From an uncultured Gemmatimonadaceae bacterium (GTDB lineage Bacteria > Gemmatimonadota > Gemmatimonadetes > Gemmatimonadales > Gemmatimonadaceae): a stretch of 64,000 bases of DNA. How positions within the stretch are numbered: position 1 is the stretch's first letter; each line of letters starts with the position of its first letter. The position numbers and the translations under genes were made by a program. Below the pieces are notes generated by a model. That model saw only the letters and a list, made by a program, of their open reading frames with translations, was not told where the DNA came from and did not search any database. The stretch spans positions 2,912,001-2,976,000 of the forward strand of contig CAVXGK010000002.1 in the NCBI GenBank assembly GCA_963761305.1, written 5' to 3'. Of the stretch, positions 46,874 to 56,528 are shown one piece after another.

Positions 46874-48523
46874 ATGACGACACGACGCGATTTTCTGAAA
46901 ACCGCGAGCGGCGCCGCCGCCGCGTTCGCCGCCGCGCCGGCGCTGCATCTTCGCTCGCATGCCGCGGCGGACGTCGTCGTCCGCGGCGGAACGGTCTTCG
47001 ATGGCTCTGGTGCCGCGGGACAAGAGCTCGACGTCGTGATCGCCGGCGGCAAGATCAGCGCGCTGAGTCGTCGCGCCGGCGAACGAGGAGCGGTCGAGAT
47101 CGACGCGCGCGGACGCGCCGTGGCGCCGGGATTCATCGACATCCACTCGCACGGCGACGGATCGCTCTGGGAAGACGCGCGCTCGGAATCGTTGATCCGC
47201 CAAGGCGTGACGACGATCGTCGTCGGACAGGACGGCTCGTCGCGCGCTCCTCGCGCGCACGGCGGCGGCGCCGAGGACGACGCGCGCCATCAGTTCGACG
47301 CGTTTCGCGATCTCTGGTCGGCCCTCGCTCGCGTGCAACCATCGGTCAACGTCGCGTCGATGGTGGGTCTCGGCACGATTCGCGATGTCGTCGTCGGAGG
47401 CGACAATCGGCCGGCGACGGCGAGCGAGCTGGCGCGCATGGAGCAGTTCGTTCGCGCCGCGTTGGCCGACGGCGCATGCGGGGTGTCGACTGGACTCGAG
47501 TACACGCCGGGCGCCTTCGCGCTGCGCGACGAGCTGATCGCGCTGTGCAAACCGCTCGCCGGAACGGGGCTTCCCTATGCGACACACATGCGCAACGAGG
47601 ACGATCACGTCCTCGAGGCCATCGACGAAGCGATCGCCGTGGCGCGCGGCGCGAACTGCGCGCTCCAGATCTCGCACCTCAAGACGCAGGGTCCGCGCAA
47701 CTGGGGCAAGCTCGACGAAGCGTTCGCGCGCGTCGCCGCCGCACGGTCCGCCGGCTGCGACGCGGCGTTCGACCGGTATCCTTACATCGCCTATCAGACC
47801 GGCCTGACGAATCTCTTTCCGGTCTGGAGCCGCGACGGCAGCAACGACGCGTTTCTCGCGCGGCTCGGCGACCTGGCCACGGCCGATCGCATTCGAGCCG
47901 AGACGCTGGCCAAGGTCGAGCTCATCGGCGGCTGGAACAACGTGCTGATCGCCAGCGTCGCGAACGTCGCTGATCGTGCCGCCGAGGGACAACGGCTCGA
48001 CGCGTACGCAGCGAGCCAACACGCCGAGCCGTACGCGACCGCCGTCGCGCTGCTCCAGCGCAACCGCGCGAACGTGGGCATGGTGGGATTCGCGATGAGC
48101 GAAGACAACCTCGCGCGGATTCTCGCCCATCCGCACGGCATGGTGTGCAGCGACGGTGGCGCTTTCGCCATCGACGGGCCGTCGCGACGCGGACATCCGC
48201 ATCCGCGCGGACTCGGCACGTTCCCGCGAGTGCTCGGGCGTTATGTACGCGAGCGAAAGGCGCTCACGCTCGAACAGGCGATCAACAAGATGAGTGCGCT
48301 GCCGGCCTCGCGCGTGCACCTGCGAGATCGCGGCCGGCTCGCCCCGCGCATGGCGGCGGACGTCGTCGTGTTCGACGCGGCGACCGTCATCGACAAGGCG
48401 ACGTACGAGGATCCGTTCCAGTACCCGGTCGGGATCGACGCGGTGATCGTGAACGGCGCGATCGCGCTGCGCGACGGCCAGCGCGGTGCGGCGCACACCG
48501 GTGCGGCCCTGCGGCCGATCTGA
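46874..48523 (+). CDS. Tat-exported N-acyl-D-amino-acid deacylase (D-aminoacylase)
   Basis: TRRDFLK Tat signal; APGFIDIHSH, STGLEY.PG, THMRNE, QISHLK, CSDG and HPRGLGTFPRVLG. Confidence 0.9.
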   Translation: MTTRRDFLKTASGAAAAFAAAPALHLRSHAAADVVVRGGTVFDGSGAAGQELDVVIAGGKISALSRRAGERGAVEIDARGRAVAPGFIDIHSHGDGSLWEDARSESLIRQGVTTIVVGQDGSSRAPRAHGGGAEDDARHQFDAFRDLWSALARVQPSVNVASMVGLGTIRDVVVGGDNRPATASELARMEQFVRAALADGACGVSTGLEYTPGAFALRDELIALCKPLAGTGLPYATHMRNEDDHVLEAIDEAIAVARGANCALQISHLKTQGPRNWGKLDEAFARVAAARSAGCDAAFDRYPYIAYQTGLTNLFPVWSRDGSNDAFLARLGDLATADRIRAETLAKVELIGGWNNVLIASVANVADRAAEGQRLDAYAASQHAEPYATAVALLQRNRANVGMVGFAMSEDNLARILAHPHGMVCSDGGAFAIDGPSRRGHPHPRGLGTFPRVLGRYVRERKALTLEQAINKMSALPASRVHLRDRGRLAPRMAADVVVFDAATVIDKATYEDPFQYPVGIDAVIVNGAIALRDGQRGAAHTGAALRPI

Positions 48524-48532
48524 TTCGCAGAA

Positions 48533-49282
48533 TCAGCCGGAGTACGTGCACCCCGCTTCCTGCGCGCGGTGCACCGCGTAGATCCCCGACGGTTGCAGAA
48601 TGACGCCCGGGATCAAGTTCGCTTTGAGCTCCTCGTAGACCGCGCGATCCTCGCGCTTCGTCTTCTGGGCGATGATCTGCGACATGCCGCGCGTGGCGAG
48701 GTCGCACGCGAGAAGGACGTGACCGTTCTGCGCGAACCACGCCAGGTTGCTCGCCGGCCGGTCGGGCGAATTCGGCCGCACGGTCGAGTCGGTCGGGCTC
48801 ACGCGCTGAGGCGATCCGTACGGATTTCGCACGGCCCATTTGCCCGTGAGGTCGTCTTTCACCTTGCGCTCCTTACCGAGTTCGTATTTCGCCCACATCG
48901 CGTCGTTGAATGCGAGTATGACAGCCGCGTGGCGAATGACGACCACCGCCTGCGCGTCGCTCGGCGCCGCGCCGAGCGCGTCGTATGTGCCTCGCAGCCA
49001 AAGCACCGCGTGCTCGATCGCCAGGCCGTCGTCCACCTCCGGCATGTCGAACACCGCCTTGTGCTTGGCCGTGAGACGCGCGAACCATGAATCATCCCAG
49101 TGCGTCGTCCGCGCCGGCGGTTCCCCTGATCCACTGGGTGCTGGTCCCGGAGTCGGGGCGGGAGCCGTTTGGGGCGCAGCCGCCGGCGTCGCGCAGGCCG
49201 TGCCGGCCAGAACGATCGCCGAGGCCGCGATCTGACCGAGGAATTCGCGCCGGTGCGTCGGCTCGTTGGATCGACTCGACAT
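48533..49282 (-). CDS. Tat lipoprotein of unknown function (DsrE-like fold suspected)
   Basis: RREFL plus lipobox GTAC; KHKAVFD, VVVIRH, LACDLA and PSGIYAVHRAQEAGCTY. Confidence 0.65.
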   Translation of the reverse strand: MSSRSNEPTHRREFLGQIAASAIVLAGTACATPAAAPQTAPAPTPGPAPSGSGEPPARTTHWDDSWFARLTAKHKAVFDMPEVDDGLAIEHAVLWLRGTYDALGAAPSDAQAVVVIRHAAVILAFNDAMWAKYELGKERKVKDDLTGKWAVRNPYGSPQRVSPTDSTVRPNSPDRPASNLAWFAQNGHVLLACDLATRGMSQIIAQKTKREDRAVYEELKANLIPGVILQPSGIYAVHRAQEAGCTYSG

Positions 49283-49312
49283 GGTTGGGTTGGGGTTGAA
49301 GCGCGTGAAAAG

Positions 49313-50176
49313 CTACGCCAGCCGCCGCACGATCGCGCGCGCAAAACGATCGGCCGATCCCTGAGCCGCCGCGAGAAAGACGTTCGGCTCGATGAGCTCG
49401 AGCTCCATCAAACGGAACGACCGCTCGTCACCGACGCCGTCGACGCGCGCGTAGAGCGGCACCTCGTCGAGCACATCCAGCGAGGCCTTCGCCCGGGCGA
49501 CGATCGCCGGCAGGACATCGACCGGCGCGACGGTTCCACCGTGCTCGGTCTGCACGCGAAAGTCGCCGTGACGCGTGCGCTTGATCGCCGCATGGCTGAA
49601 CACGCCGTCGAAGAAGATGAGCGACAGCTCTCCGTCGGTGGGCACTTCGTCGAGAAACGGCTGCACCAGCACGTCGCCTTGCGCGACGACGCGATCGATC
49701 GCCGCCTGATCGCCGTCGGCGAGCGGCAGACTGAGCGCGTGCGTCTCGTATGCGCTGGCCGAAACGGCCGGCTTCACGACGAACCGCGCCCAACCCTCGG
49801 CGCGAGGCACGTCGATGACATGACGAGATCCCCGCTCGACGATTCGCGTCGGCACGGTTGCCACGCCGCGACTCGCCAGATCCACCAGATACCGCTTGTC
49901 CGAATTCCAACGCACGACCGACGTCGGGCTCCACACTCGGCAGCCGGCCGCGTCGAGATGATCGAGCCACGCCATGAACTCGGCGTGACGCCGGTGATAG
50001 TCCCAGCACGATCGAATCACTACGGCGTCGAACGTCTTCCAATTCACGGACGCATCCGACCACACCGCGGGCGTCGTGCGGACGCCGGCGCGAGCGAGCG
50101 CGGCGGCGAGAAGCCGGTCATCGGCCGCGAGCTCGGGCGCGCCGGCGTACGTGGCGAGCGCGACGAACGCCGCCAC
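49313..50176 (-). CDS. ATP-grasp ligase (RimK/glutathione synthetase-like)
   Basis: VIRSCWDY, WNSDKRYL, VVKPAVSAS, VQPFL, DFRVQ.EHGG, YARVD and MELELIEP. Confidence 0.85.
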   Translation of the reverse strand: MAAFVALATYAGAPELAADDRLLAAALARAGVRTTPAVWSDASVNWKTFDAVVIRSCWDYHRRHAEFMAWLDHLDAAGCRVWSPTSVVRWNSDKRYLVDLASRGVATVPTRIVERGSRHVIDVPRAEGWARFVVKPAVSASAYETHALSLPLADGDQAAIDRVVAQGDVLVQPFLDEVPTDGELSLIFFDGVFSHAAIKRTRHGDFRVQTEHGGTVAPVDVLPAIVARAKASLDVLDEVPLYARVDGVGDERSFRLMELELIEPNVFLAAAQGSADRFARAIVRRLA

Positions 50177-51433
50177 CTATTGGCGGCAATTCACGTGCGG
50201 ATTCGTCGGCCGCGGCGCGTCGAGCCGAGGCGCGTGATCCGCGTTCGCCACGAACAGCGCCGCGTCGAACACCATCTGCACGAGCCGAGTGTAGTCCGGA
50301 TAGTCGATATACTGCGACTCGTCCGTCACTTGGTGATAGTCGCGATGCTCGCCGCGCGAGAGCGACACGCTTGGAATGCCGTAGCGCGCGTAGCTGTAGT
50401 GGTCGGCGCGACAGTAGTACTGCAGCGGATGGCCGGGCACGTCGAACTCGTAGTCGAACACGAACGGCTGCGGCTCTTTCGCGTTCACCGATTCCACCCA
50501 GTCGCCGAACTCCTTCGACAACCGGCGCAGGCCGACGACCTCGAGATACGTCGGACCACCGCCCGCGATGTCCGACGCCGCGCCGCGCCCGATCATGTCG
50601 ATGTCGAACTCGGCGACGATCGAATCGATCGGTACCGTCGCGTGATCGGTGTACCACGCCGAGCCGAGCAGTCCCTTCTCTTCCGCCGTGTGCGAGACGA
50701 GGAGAATCGAGCGCCGCGGATGGACACCGCTCTTCGCGAACGCCTCGGCGATCTCGATGAGACCGATCGTGCCGCTCCCGTCGTCGTCGGCGCCATTGTA
50801 GATCGAGTCGAGCCGCGGTGTGTGCAGACGCCGCAGCGAATCGAGAATCGTGCGGATCTGCGCGGCTTCCTCTGGCGACGGCGCATGCACGCGACTGTCG
50901 GCGCCGAGCGGACGGATGACCTGATCGAAGGCGCGGATCGAGTCGTGATCCACCGGCGCGTGGTTGAATCCGACGTGATCGTTGTGTCCGCTGATCGACA
51001 CGTACTCGCCGCGCAGCGCCGGGTCGCTTCCCGGAATGACGGCGATGACGTTTCTGGCCGGTCCGCGCGGTGCCTGCGCGTCGCGCACGCGGATGTTGGG
51101 GACGGTCTGGAAGTAGCCGCCGTCTTCACCAGCGGGCTGCAACCCGAGCGCCTGAAACTGCGCCGCGACCCAATCGGTCGCCTTCACGTTCCAGATCGTT
51201 CCCGCTTCGCGGCCCATCATCGTGTCGTGGGCGAACGCGGTGAGGCGCACTTCGAGATCGTGTGCCGTGATCGCGGCCGACGTCGCATACATGGACGCCG
51301 ACGGCATCGGCGCCGCCGGCGTTGGACTTGTCACGGGCGCGTTGGCCGGATGCGCGCACGCTGAGGGCATCGCGAGCACGAGCGCCGTTCCGGCGACGGC
51401 GGTGATTCGCGTCAACGCTTGATTGGGGTGCAT
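50177..51433 (-). CDS. M28 family aminopeptidase, secreted
   Basis: HDTMMGREAG, SGHNDH, NGADDDGSG, AEEKGLLGS, DMIGR, RADHYSY and DYHQVTD. Confidence 0.92.
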   Translation of the reverse strand: MHPNQALTRITAVAGTALVLAMPSACAHPANAPVTSPTPAAPMPSASMYATSAAITAHDLEVRLTAFAHDTMMGREAGTIWNVKATDWVAAQFQALGLQPAGEDGGYFQTVPNIRVRDAQAPRGPARNVIAVIPGSDPALRGEYVSISGHNDHVGFNHAPVDHDSIRAFDQVIRPLGADSRVHAPSPEEAAQIRTILDSLRRLHTPRLDSIYNGADDDGSGTIGLIEIAEAFAKSGVHPRRSILLVSHTAEEKGLLGSAWYTDHATVPIDSIVAEFDIDMIGRGAASDIAGGGPTYLEVVGLRRLSKEFGDWVESVNAKEPQPFVFDYEFDVPGHPLQYYCRADHYSYARYGIPSVSLSRGEHRDYHQVTDESQYIDYPDYTRLVQMVFDAALFVANADHAPRLDAPRPTNPHVNCRQ

Positions 51434-51576
51434 GTGCGCAAGATCGCGTTTGCGTGAAGCCGCGGGCAAGCTCTGTAGTCAGACCGCGCGAAACCTTACA
51501 GATATTTCGGCGTACGAATCGGCGGCGCACGCTTCGTTGTTGACCCGCCGCCGGACGTCCCGCCTCCTCCCTGGTC

Positions 51577-52587
51577 ATGAGAAGCCTCCGAGCCGCCATT
51601 TCCTCATTTGCCCTGGTCGCCGCCCACTCGCTGTCGGCGCAGGTTCTCGATCTCACGGTCCACGACGTGGGCCTGGCCATCGGCGACAAGCCGACGATGA
51701 CCGGGCTACGGCTCAATTTCCGCGACGGTCAACTCGAGCGGATCACCGGCGCGAACGTCACCATCTGGGGGCCGTACAAACCGGTGCACGGCGTGGTGCA
51801 GGGACTCGCGCTTGGCATCCCGGTCACCGGCGCGAACCGAATCGACGGTTTCGGCGTCGGGTTGCTCGGCCTGAGCGCCGACAACTCGATCACGGGGCTG
51901 GGCGTTGCCGGCCTCGGTCTTGGGTCGGGCGGCGATCTGCACGGCATCATGCTGGGCGGCATCGGCGTCGGCTCCGGCGGCAGCGTCGAGGGCATCACGC
52001 TGGGAGGAATCGGCGTGGGAGCCGGCGGCCGACTGCGCGGATTTCAGGCCGGCGGAATCGGCGTCGGCTCCGGCGGCAACGTGAGCGGAATCAGTCTTGG
52101 CGGCGTCGGTGTCGGCGCGGGCGGAAATCTGACCGGTCTCGCCATCGGAGGTGTCGGGGTCGGCGGCGGCGGTGATTTCAAGGGAGTGGCCGTCGGCGGA
52201 GTCGGCCTCGGCGTGGGCGGCGACGCAACCGGGATCATGATCGGCGGCATTGGCGTCGGCGCCGGCGGAAAGTTGAAGGGGCTGACGATCGGCGGCATCG
52301 GCGTCGGCGCGCCGGCGATCAGCGGCGTCGTGCTGTCGCCCGTCGCGGCCGGCGGCCTCAACGTTCACGCGATCGTCGTGAGCGGACTCTATTTCAAGAT
52401 CGAAGACGCCGGCCGATTCGACGGCGGCGCGGTCAGCGCGATCTCATACATCCAGGGTGCCCAGCACGGCCTGACGATCGGTCTGTTCAACTACGCGCGC
52501 GAGCTCCACGGCGCACAGATCGGACTCCTCAACATCTCCGACAACGACGGGCACCGCCACGTGATTCCGATTCTCAGCATTCGCTGA
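51577..52587 (+). CDS. Secreted Gly-rich 15-aa-repeat protein (LA_2272-like surface repeat)
   Basis: Signal peptide; about 10 repeats of G(I/L).(L/I)GGIGVG(A/S)GG.(L/V); C-terminal GLTIGLFNYA..LHGAQIGLLNI. Confidence 0.75.
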   Translation: MRSLRAAISSFALVAAHSLSAQVLDLTVHDVGLAIGDKPTMTGLRLNFRDGQLERITGANVTIWGPYKPVHGVVQGLALGIPVTGANRIDGFGVGLLGLSADNSITGLGVAGLGLGSGGDLHGIMLGGIGVGSGGSVEGITLGGIGVGAGGRLRGFQAGGIGVGSGGNVSGISLGGVGVGAGGNLTGLAIGGVGVGGGGDFKGVAVGGVGLGVGGDATGIMIGGIGVGAGGKLKGLTIGGIGVGAPAISGVVLSPVAAGGLNVHAIVVSGLYFKIEDAGRFDGGAVSAISYIQGAQHGLTIGLFNYARELHGAQIGLLNISDNDGHRHVIPILSIR

Positions 52588-52600
52588 GCGCGCGTCACCG

Positions 52601-54313
52601 TCAGCTCCGTCGCGGGGCGCGGCTGACTTCGTCGAGGTACGTGATCACACTGAGCAGCATCTGGTCGAGCCCGGCGAGCACTTCGGTTTTCGGGACGGCA
52701 CGCATGGTCGCTACCCGCATTCGATAGGACTGCACGGCGCCCAGGTCATTCACCTGGAAGTAGAGAAACGCCGAGTCGTGCGGCAGCGCGGTGATGCGAA
52801 TGGCGACCGACAGATCGCTCGACAGGCTGTGCGTCAACTCGGCGAGATCGCGCGTCGTCCCCAGCGCCAGCTTGACCGAGTCCGGGTCGACGATGGTGTA
52901 CTGCCTGGCGCGTGAGCGCAGCATGCGTCGCAGGCTGTCGGCGACGGCATGCCCGAGAAGCTGTGCCTCGGGCCAGTTGCGGACCGATGGTGGTTCGGTG
53001 ATGACCAGACGCCGCGGTCCGATGGCGGTCGGCGCGCCGCCGCCATTCGCGGCAATGATGGAGTCCATCATCTTGCGCTCGGTTTCTTCCTGCAGCCGTG
53101 CCTTGGTGATCGAGTCGCGCGTCTTCGCCGCGGCGAGTCGCTTTCTCACCGCTTCGGCGATGCGTAGGGAATCGTCGTGCGTGATGACCGGCTTGGGCGT
53201 CGGCGGCGGTTTCATCACCGTCGCCGCGGGCGCGCCGGCGGGCGTCGGAGTCGCGGCGGGCGAGGCGGCGGGTGCCGACGGGGCAGCCTGGGCCGGCCGC
53301 GCCACCCGTGTGCTCGAGTCCGGTCGCGCGGTCGGAACGACATATCGTCGGGAGACGCCATATGCCGCCAGCGCAGCGACGATGAGAGTAGCCGCCGCAA
53401 TGCCCGGCGCCATCCACGATCGGCCGCGAGGCTTCGCGTCGATGCCCCCGTTTTGAGGCGTGACGCCGAGCGGCATCGTCATGGCATCGAGTTCTTTCAG
53501 GATCTCTTCGGCGCGCTGCGGACGCCCGGCCGGGTCTTTCGCGAGGCATCTCATCACCACTGCCGACAGCCCTCGCGGGACTTCGGGCAACACCTCGTGC
53601 AGCGGCTTCGGGTCGCGCGTGAGCTGGGCGGCGAGCGTTTCTCGAGGCGACGGGCCGGTGAACGGCGATGCGCCCGTCAACAACTCGTAGGCGAGCAACC
53701 CGATGGCGTAGATGTCGATGCGATGATCGGCCGCCGAGTCGCCGGCGAGCTGTTCCGGGGCCATGTACGCCGGCGTTCCGATCGCGATGCCGGCCGAGGT
53801 GACACCGCTGATCGGCAGCGCCGCGCTGAGCGCCTTGGCGACGCCGAAGTCGGTAACGAGCGCGTGCGATCCTTGGCGGAGGATGTTGCCGGGTTTGATG
53901 TCGCGGTGGATCACGCCGCGCGCGTGGGCGAACGCGAGCGCGTCGACGACGTCGTGCATGATGCGTGTAACTTCGCGAACTCCGAACGGCTTCTTGCGTT
54001 CGAGCACGGTGCGGAGCGATTCGCCGTCGATGAACGGCATGGTGTACCACAGCAGGTCGCCCTGCTCGCCCGCCGAAAGCAGCGGGACGATGTGGGGATG
54101 CTGCAGCTGGGCGGCGACCTGGATCTCCCGTCGGAAGCGCTCGCGATTGACGCCGGCAGCGAGGTCTGGCGGCAGGACTTTGACGACGACCTTCCGGCCG
54201 AGCGAGCGGTCGACGGCGACGAAGACGCGGCTCATGCCTCCGCCGGCGAGCTCGGACTCGAGTTGATACCCGGTGCCGAGCGCGGCCTGAAGTTGTTCAG
54301 CGAAGTCAGTCAT
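52601..54313 (-). CDS. Hanks-type Ser/Thr protein kinase with TM and extracytoplasmic domain
   Basis: GGGMSRV, VVVK, RFRREI, HRDIKPGN, DFG and GTPAYMAPEQ; start set at MTDFAEQL. Confidence 0.93.
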   Translation of the reverse strand: MTDFAEQLQAALGTGYQLESELAGGGMSRVFVAVDRSLGRKVVVKVLPPDLAAGVNRERFRREIQVAAQLQHPHIVPLLSAGEQGDLLWYTMPFIDGESLRTVLERKKPFGVREVTRIMHDVVDALAFAHARGVIHRDIKPGNILRQGSHALVTDFGVAKALSAALPISGVTSAGIAIGTPAYMAPEQLAGDSAADHRIDIYAIGLLAYELLTGASPFTGPSPRETLAAQLTRDPKPLHEVLPEVPRGLSAVVMRCLAKDPAGRPQRAEEILKELDAMTMPLGVTPQNGGIDAKPRGRSWMAPGIAAATLIVAALAAYGVSRRYVVPTARPDSSTRVARPAQAAPSAPAASPAATPTPAGAPAATVMKPPPTPKPVITHDDSLRIAEAVRKRLAAAKTRDSITKARLQEETERKMMDSIIAANGGGAPTAIGPRRLVITEPPSVRNWPEAQLLGHAVADSLRRMLRSRARQYTIVDPDSVKLALGTTRDLAELTHSLSSDLSVAIRITALPHDSAFLYFQVNDLGAVQSYRMRVATMRAVPKTEVLAGLDQMLLSVITYLDEVSRAPRRS

Positions 54314-54546
54314 CAAGGTCTCACAAAGATCATCGCGCAATGATTTGCGCGTTCATCGCCAGCGTTCTGATATTCCGATTCGTACTACGGGTGAATCGGA
54401 TGGTGCGTGGGAGGTCGTGAATTGGACACAAAGAAAAGACAAATCGACTCGCCAAAAATCACATTCGACCCTTTCGTTCGGGGCCGGTTGCGCTAAGATT
54501 AAAGCGCTCTAATGTTTCAGGACATCCTCCTCTGACCCAACGGACC

Positions 54547-54843
54547 GTGGCTAGATCCCATGCGCTGCGCCGCCCTCGGGCGGTCCCCGAATCCGTGATC
54601 CCGAAGAATGTCCTCGCGAAGGAAATCGCGAGCATTCTCGACGATCAACAGCTCACGCAAACCGAAGCCGCTTACATCATGCGAGACGCACCGTCGCAGA
54701 TCTCCCTGGTAGTTACGGGGAAATTGCGCGGTTTTTCCACCGAGCGCCTCATTCGCATGCTAGCTCGGCTCGGCCGCGACATCGATATCGTGATTCGCCC
54801 CGCCAAGGGCAAGACGGGTAAGGTCACCGTCACCCGCCGCTAA
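54547..54843 (+). CDS. XRE/HTH_37-type regulator (HigA2-like), no adjacent toxin
   Basis: LAKEIASIL...LTQTEAA......QIS..V.GKLRGFSTERLIRML..LGRDIDIVIRP. Confidence 0.8.
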   Translation: MARSHALRRPRAVPESVIPKNVLAKEIASILDDQQLTQTEAAYIMRDAPSQISLVVTGKLRGFSTERLIRMLARLGRDIDIVIRPAKGKTGKVTVTRR

Positions 54844-54855
54844 CGGCGGCGTGGA

Positions 54856-54904
54856 CGCCCCTCGCGCCATGGCGCGAGGGGCGCCGCGGCTCGACGAGCC
54901 GCGG
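54856..54904. terminator. Tandem hairpins between convergent genes
   Basis: Perfect 28-bp palindrome CGCCCCTCGCGCCATGGCGCGAGGGGCG (54856-54883), then CCGCGGCTCG-A-CGAGCCGCGG. Confidence 0.6.
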
Positions 54905-54915
54905 TTCCTACGAAA

Positions 54916-56163
54916 TTAGGTGCTGGAGTTCGAAACGAGCGGGATGTCGTGAGCCGGTGTGAGCGACGTCGCGAACGCGTCGTCCCATTCTCGCACCTGG
55001 TCGCGCCCGCCACGTTTCGCGGCGTAGAGCGTGACGTCCGCGCGCTCCTTGAGGCTCGACGCGACCGCGTCGCCGCCGACGCCGGGCGACGTCACCACCC
55101 CGACGCTCACCGTCAGCTTGAGGCGCGTCCCGTTCACCATGAACGAGTGATTGCGCACGGTCTCCCAAGTACGGACGGCCATGCGATACGCGCCCTCGGG
55201 TCCCGTCTGTGGCAGCAGAATCGAGAATTCTTCACCACCGGTTCGCGCCACCATGTCACCGGAACGAGCCGCCTGGCCAAGCAGCATCCCGAGCTCGCGC
55301 AGCACGACGTCGCCGGTGATGTGGCCATAGGTGTCGTTGACCTTCTTGAAATGATCGAGGTCGACGGCGATGAGTGAGATCTGCTGGCCGGTGCGTCCCG
55401 CGCGCGCGATCTCGCGGGCCAGCACCTGATCCAACCCTCGGCGGTTGAGACACGCTGTGAGCGGATCGGTCAGCACCATGCTCGCGAGCTGCAACCGCAC
55501 CCGGTTGTAGGCACGGCCCACGCGTGTGATCGACTCGGGGTTCGTCGTCGTGTTGACGTCGTACGCCCGGCTGAAATCGCCGTCCTCCGCCCATTCGAAC
55601 AGCTCGACGATGTGTTCGAGGCGGCGTTGGATGTTGCCGAACTGCGCGATAAAGAGCAGGCCTGCCGTCGCGAACAGCGCGATCGACCACAGCTCCTGGA
55701 TAGGGTCCTGCGCCGCCCCGTGCGTGATCGCCCCCACACGCACCGTGACGAGATATCCGACCACCACGGCCAACAGCGTCAGCGTCGCGGGCGTGCGCCC
55801 GAAGTACGACTCGACCGAATGAATGACGAAGAACGACAGGATGAGGATCCTGTCATAGTACCCGACGGGCGACGACGCGATCGTCGATATGAAGATGAAC
55901 GCCAGATCGGCGAAGATCGTCGTCGAAATGAGCAGGTTGCCTGCCGTCCCGGTCTCGCGCATGCGATGGCTGAGCAGCCGGACGGCGATGACGTAGCCGA
56001 CGAGCGCGGCCGCCACCCACAGGTCGCTCCCCCCGAGGATGTCGAGTTGTTGAAAGAGCAACTCGAACAGCCCGAGGAACATCGCGATCGCGATGCGGCC
56101 TGGAGCCTGCCAAAGCAACACGTCCGCGTTGGCGCGGGCGGGATCAACTGTATCCTGTTTCAC
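54916..56163 (-). CDS. Membrane-bound diguanylate cyclase (GGEEF)
   Basis: About 6 TMs, TDPLT..LNRR, DLDHFK.VNDTYGH..GD, RSGD I-site and RTGGEEF. Start is uncertain (GTG 56163 or ATG 56229). Confidence 0.9.
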   Translation of the reverse strand: MKQDTVDPARANADVLLWQAPGRIAIAMFLGLFELLFQQLDILGGSDLWVAAALVGYVIAVRLLSHRMRETGTAGNLLISTTIFADLAFIFISTIASSPVGYYDRILILSFFVIHSVESYFGRTPATLTLLAVVVGYLVTVRVGAITHGAAQDPIQELWSIALFATAGLLFIAQFGNIQRRLEHIVELFEWAEDGDFSRAYDVNTTTNPESITRVGRAYNRVRLQLASMVLTDPLTACLNRRGLDQVLAREIARAGRTGQQISLIAVDLDHFKKVNDTYGHITGDVVLRELGMLLGQAARSGDMVARTGGEEFSILLPQTGPEGAYRMAVRTWETVRNHSFMVNGTRLKLTVSVGVVTSPGVGGDAVASSLKERADVTLYAAKRGGRDQVREWDDAFATSLTPAHDIPLVSNSST

Positions 56164-56405
56164 GCTTGAGAATGAACCGGGAGAATGTGCGTTCGCTGGC
56201 GCATTTCCGCGCCGGAATTCCTTGCCCATTCGTAAGTTTCGACCCCACTGGCGACAACTGAGCCTGCCTGTCCAACTCTTTGCAACGGATTGATTTAAGT
56301 ACGTCCGCAACCCCTGTTTAGCGGACATCCGTTGTCAAGTCCTTCGCCGCAGCCTATCGCGGCCGTCCGCGCGGGACTCAGCGCCTCGCCGCAGTCGCCA
56401 GCATT

Positions 56406-56451
56406 ACAAATGAACGACCCGGCGCACCCCCGCAACGGGGGTCGCCGGGTC
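56406..56451 (-). terminator. Terminator of the ATP-grasp/LLM operon
   Basis: Long GC stem GACCCGGCGACCCCCG-TTG-CGGGGGTGCGCCGGGTC then GTTCATTTGT on the - strand. Confidence 0.7.
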
Positions 56452-56528
56452 TGGCTTCATTTCGGCTTGTGTTCGGCTCGTCCTTCGGGCTCCGATCGAC
56501 TTTTGAGGTCGGTCCCAGTCCGCCTCTG

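Noticed and set aside
43464..56240. Shared 10-mer CGTAAGTTTC at 43464 and 56231
   Set aside because: Only two copies with different orientation relative to the nearest downstream genes; may be chance.
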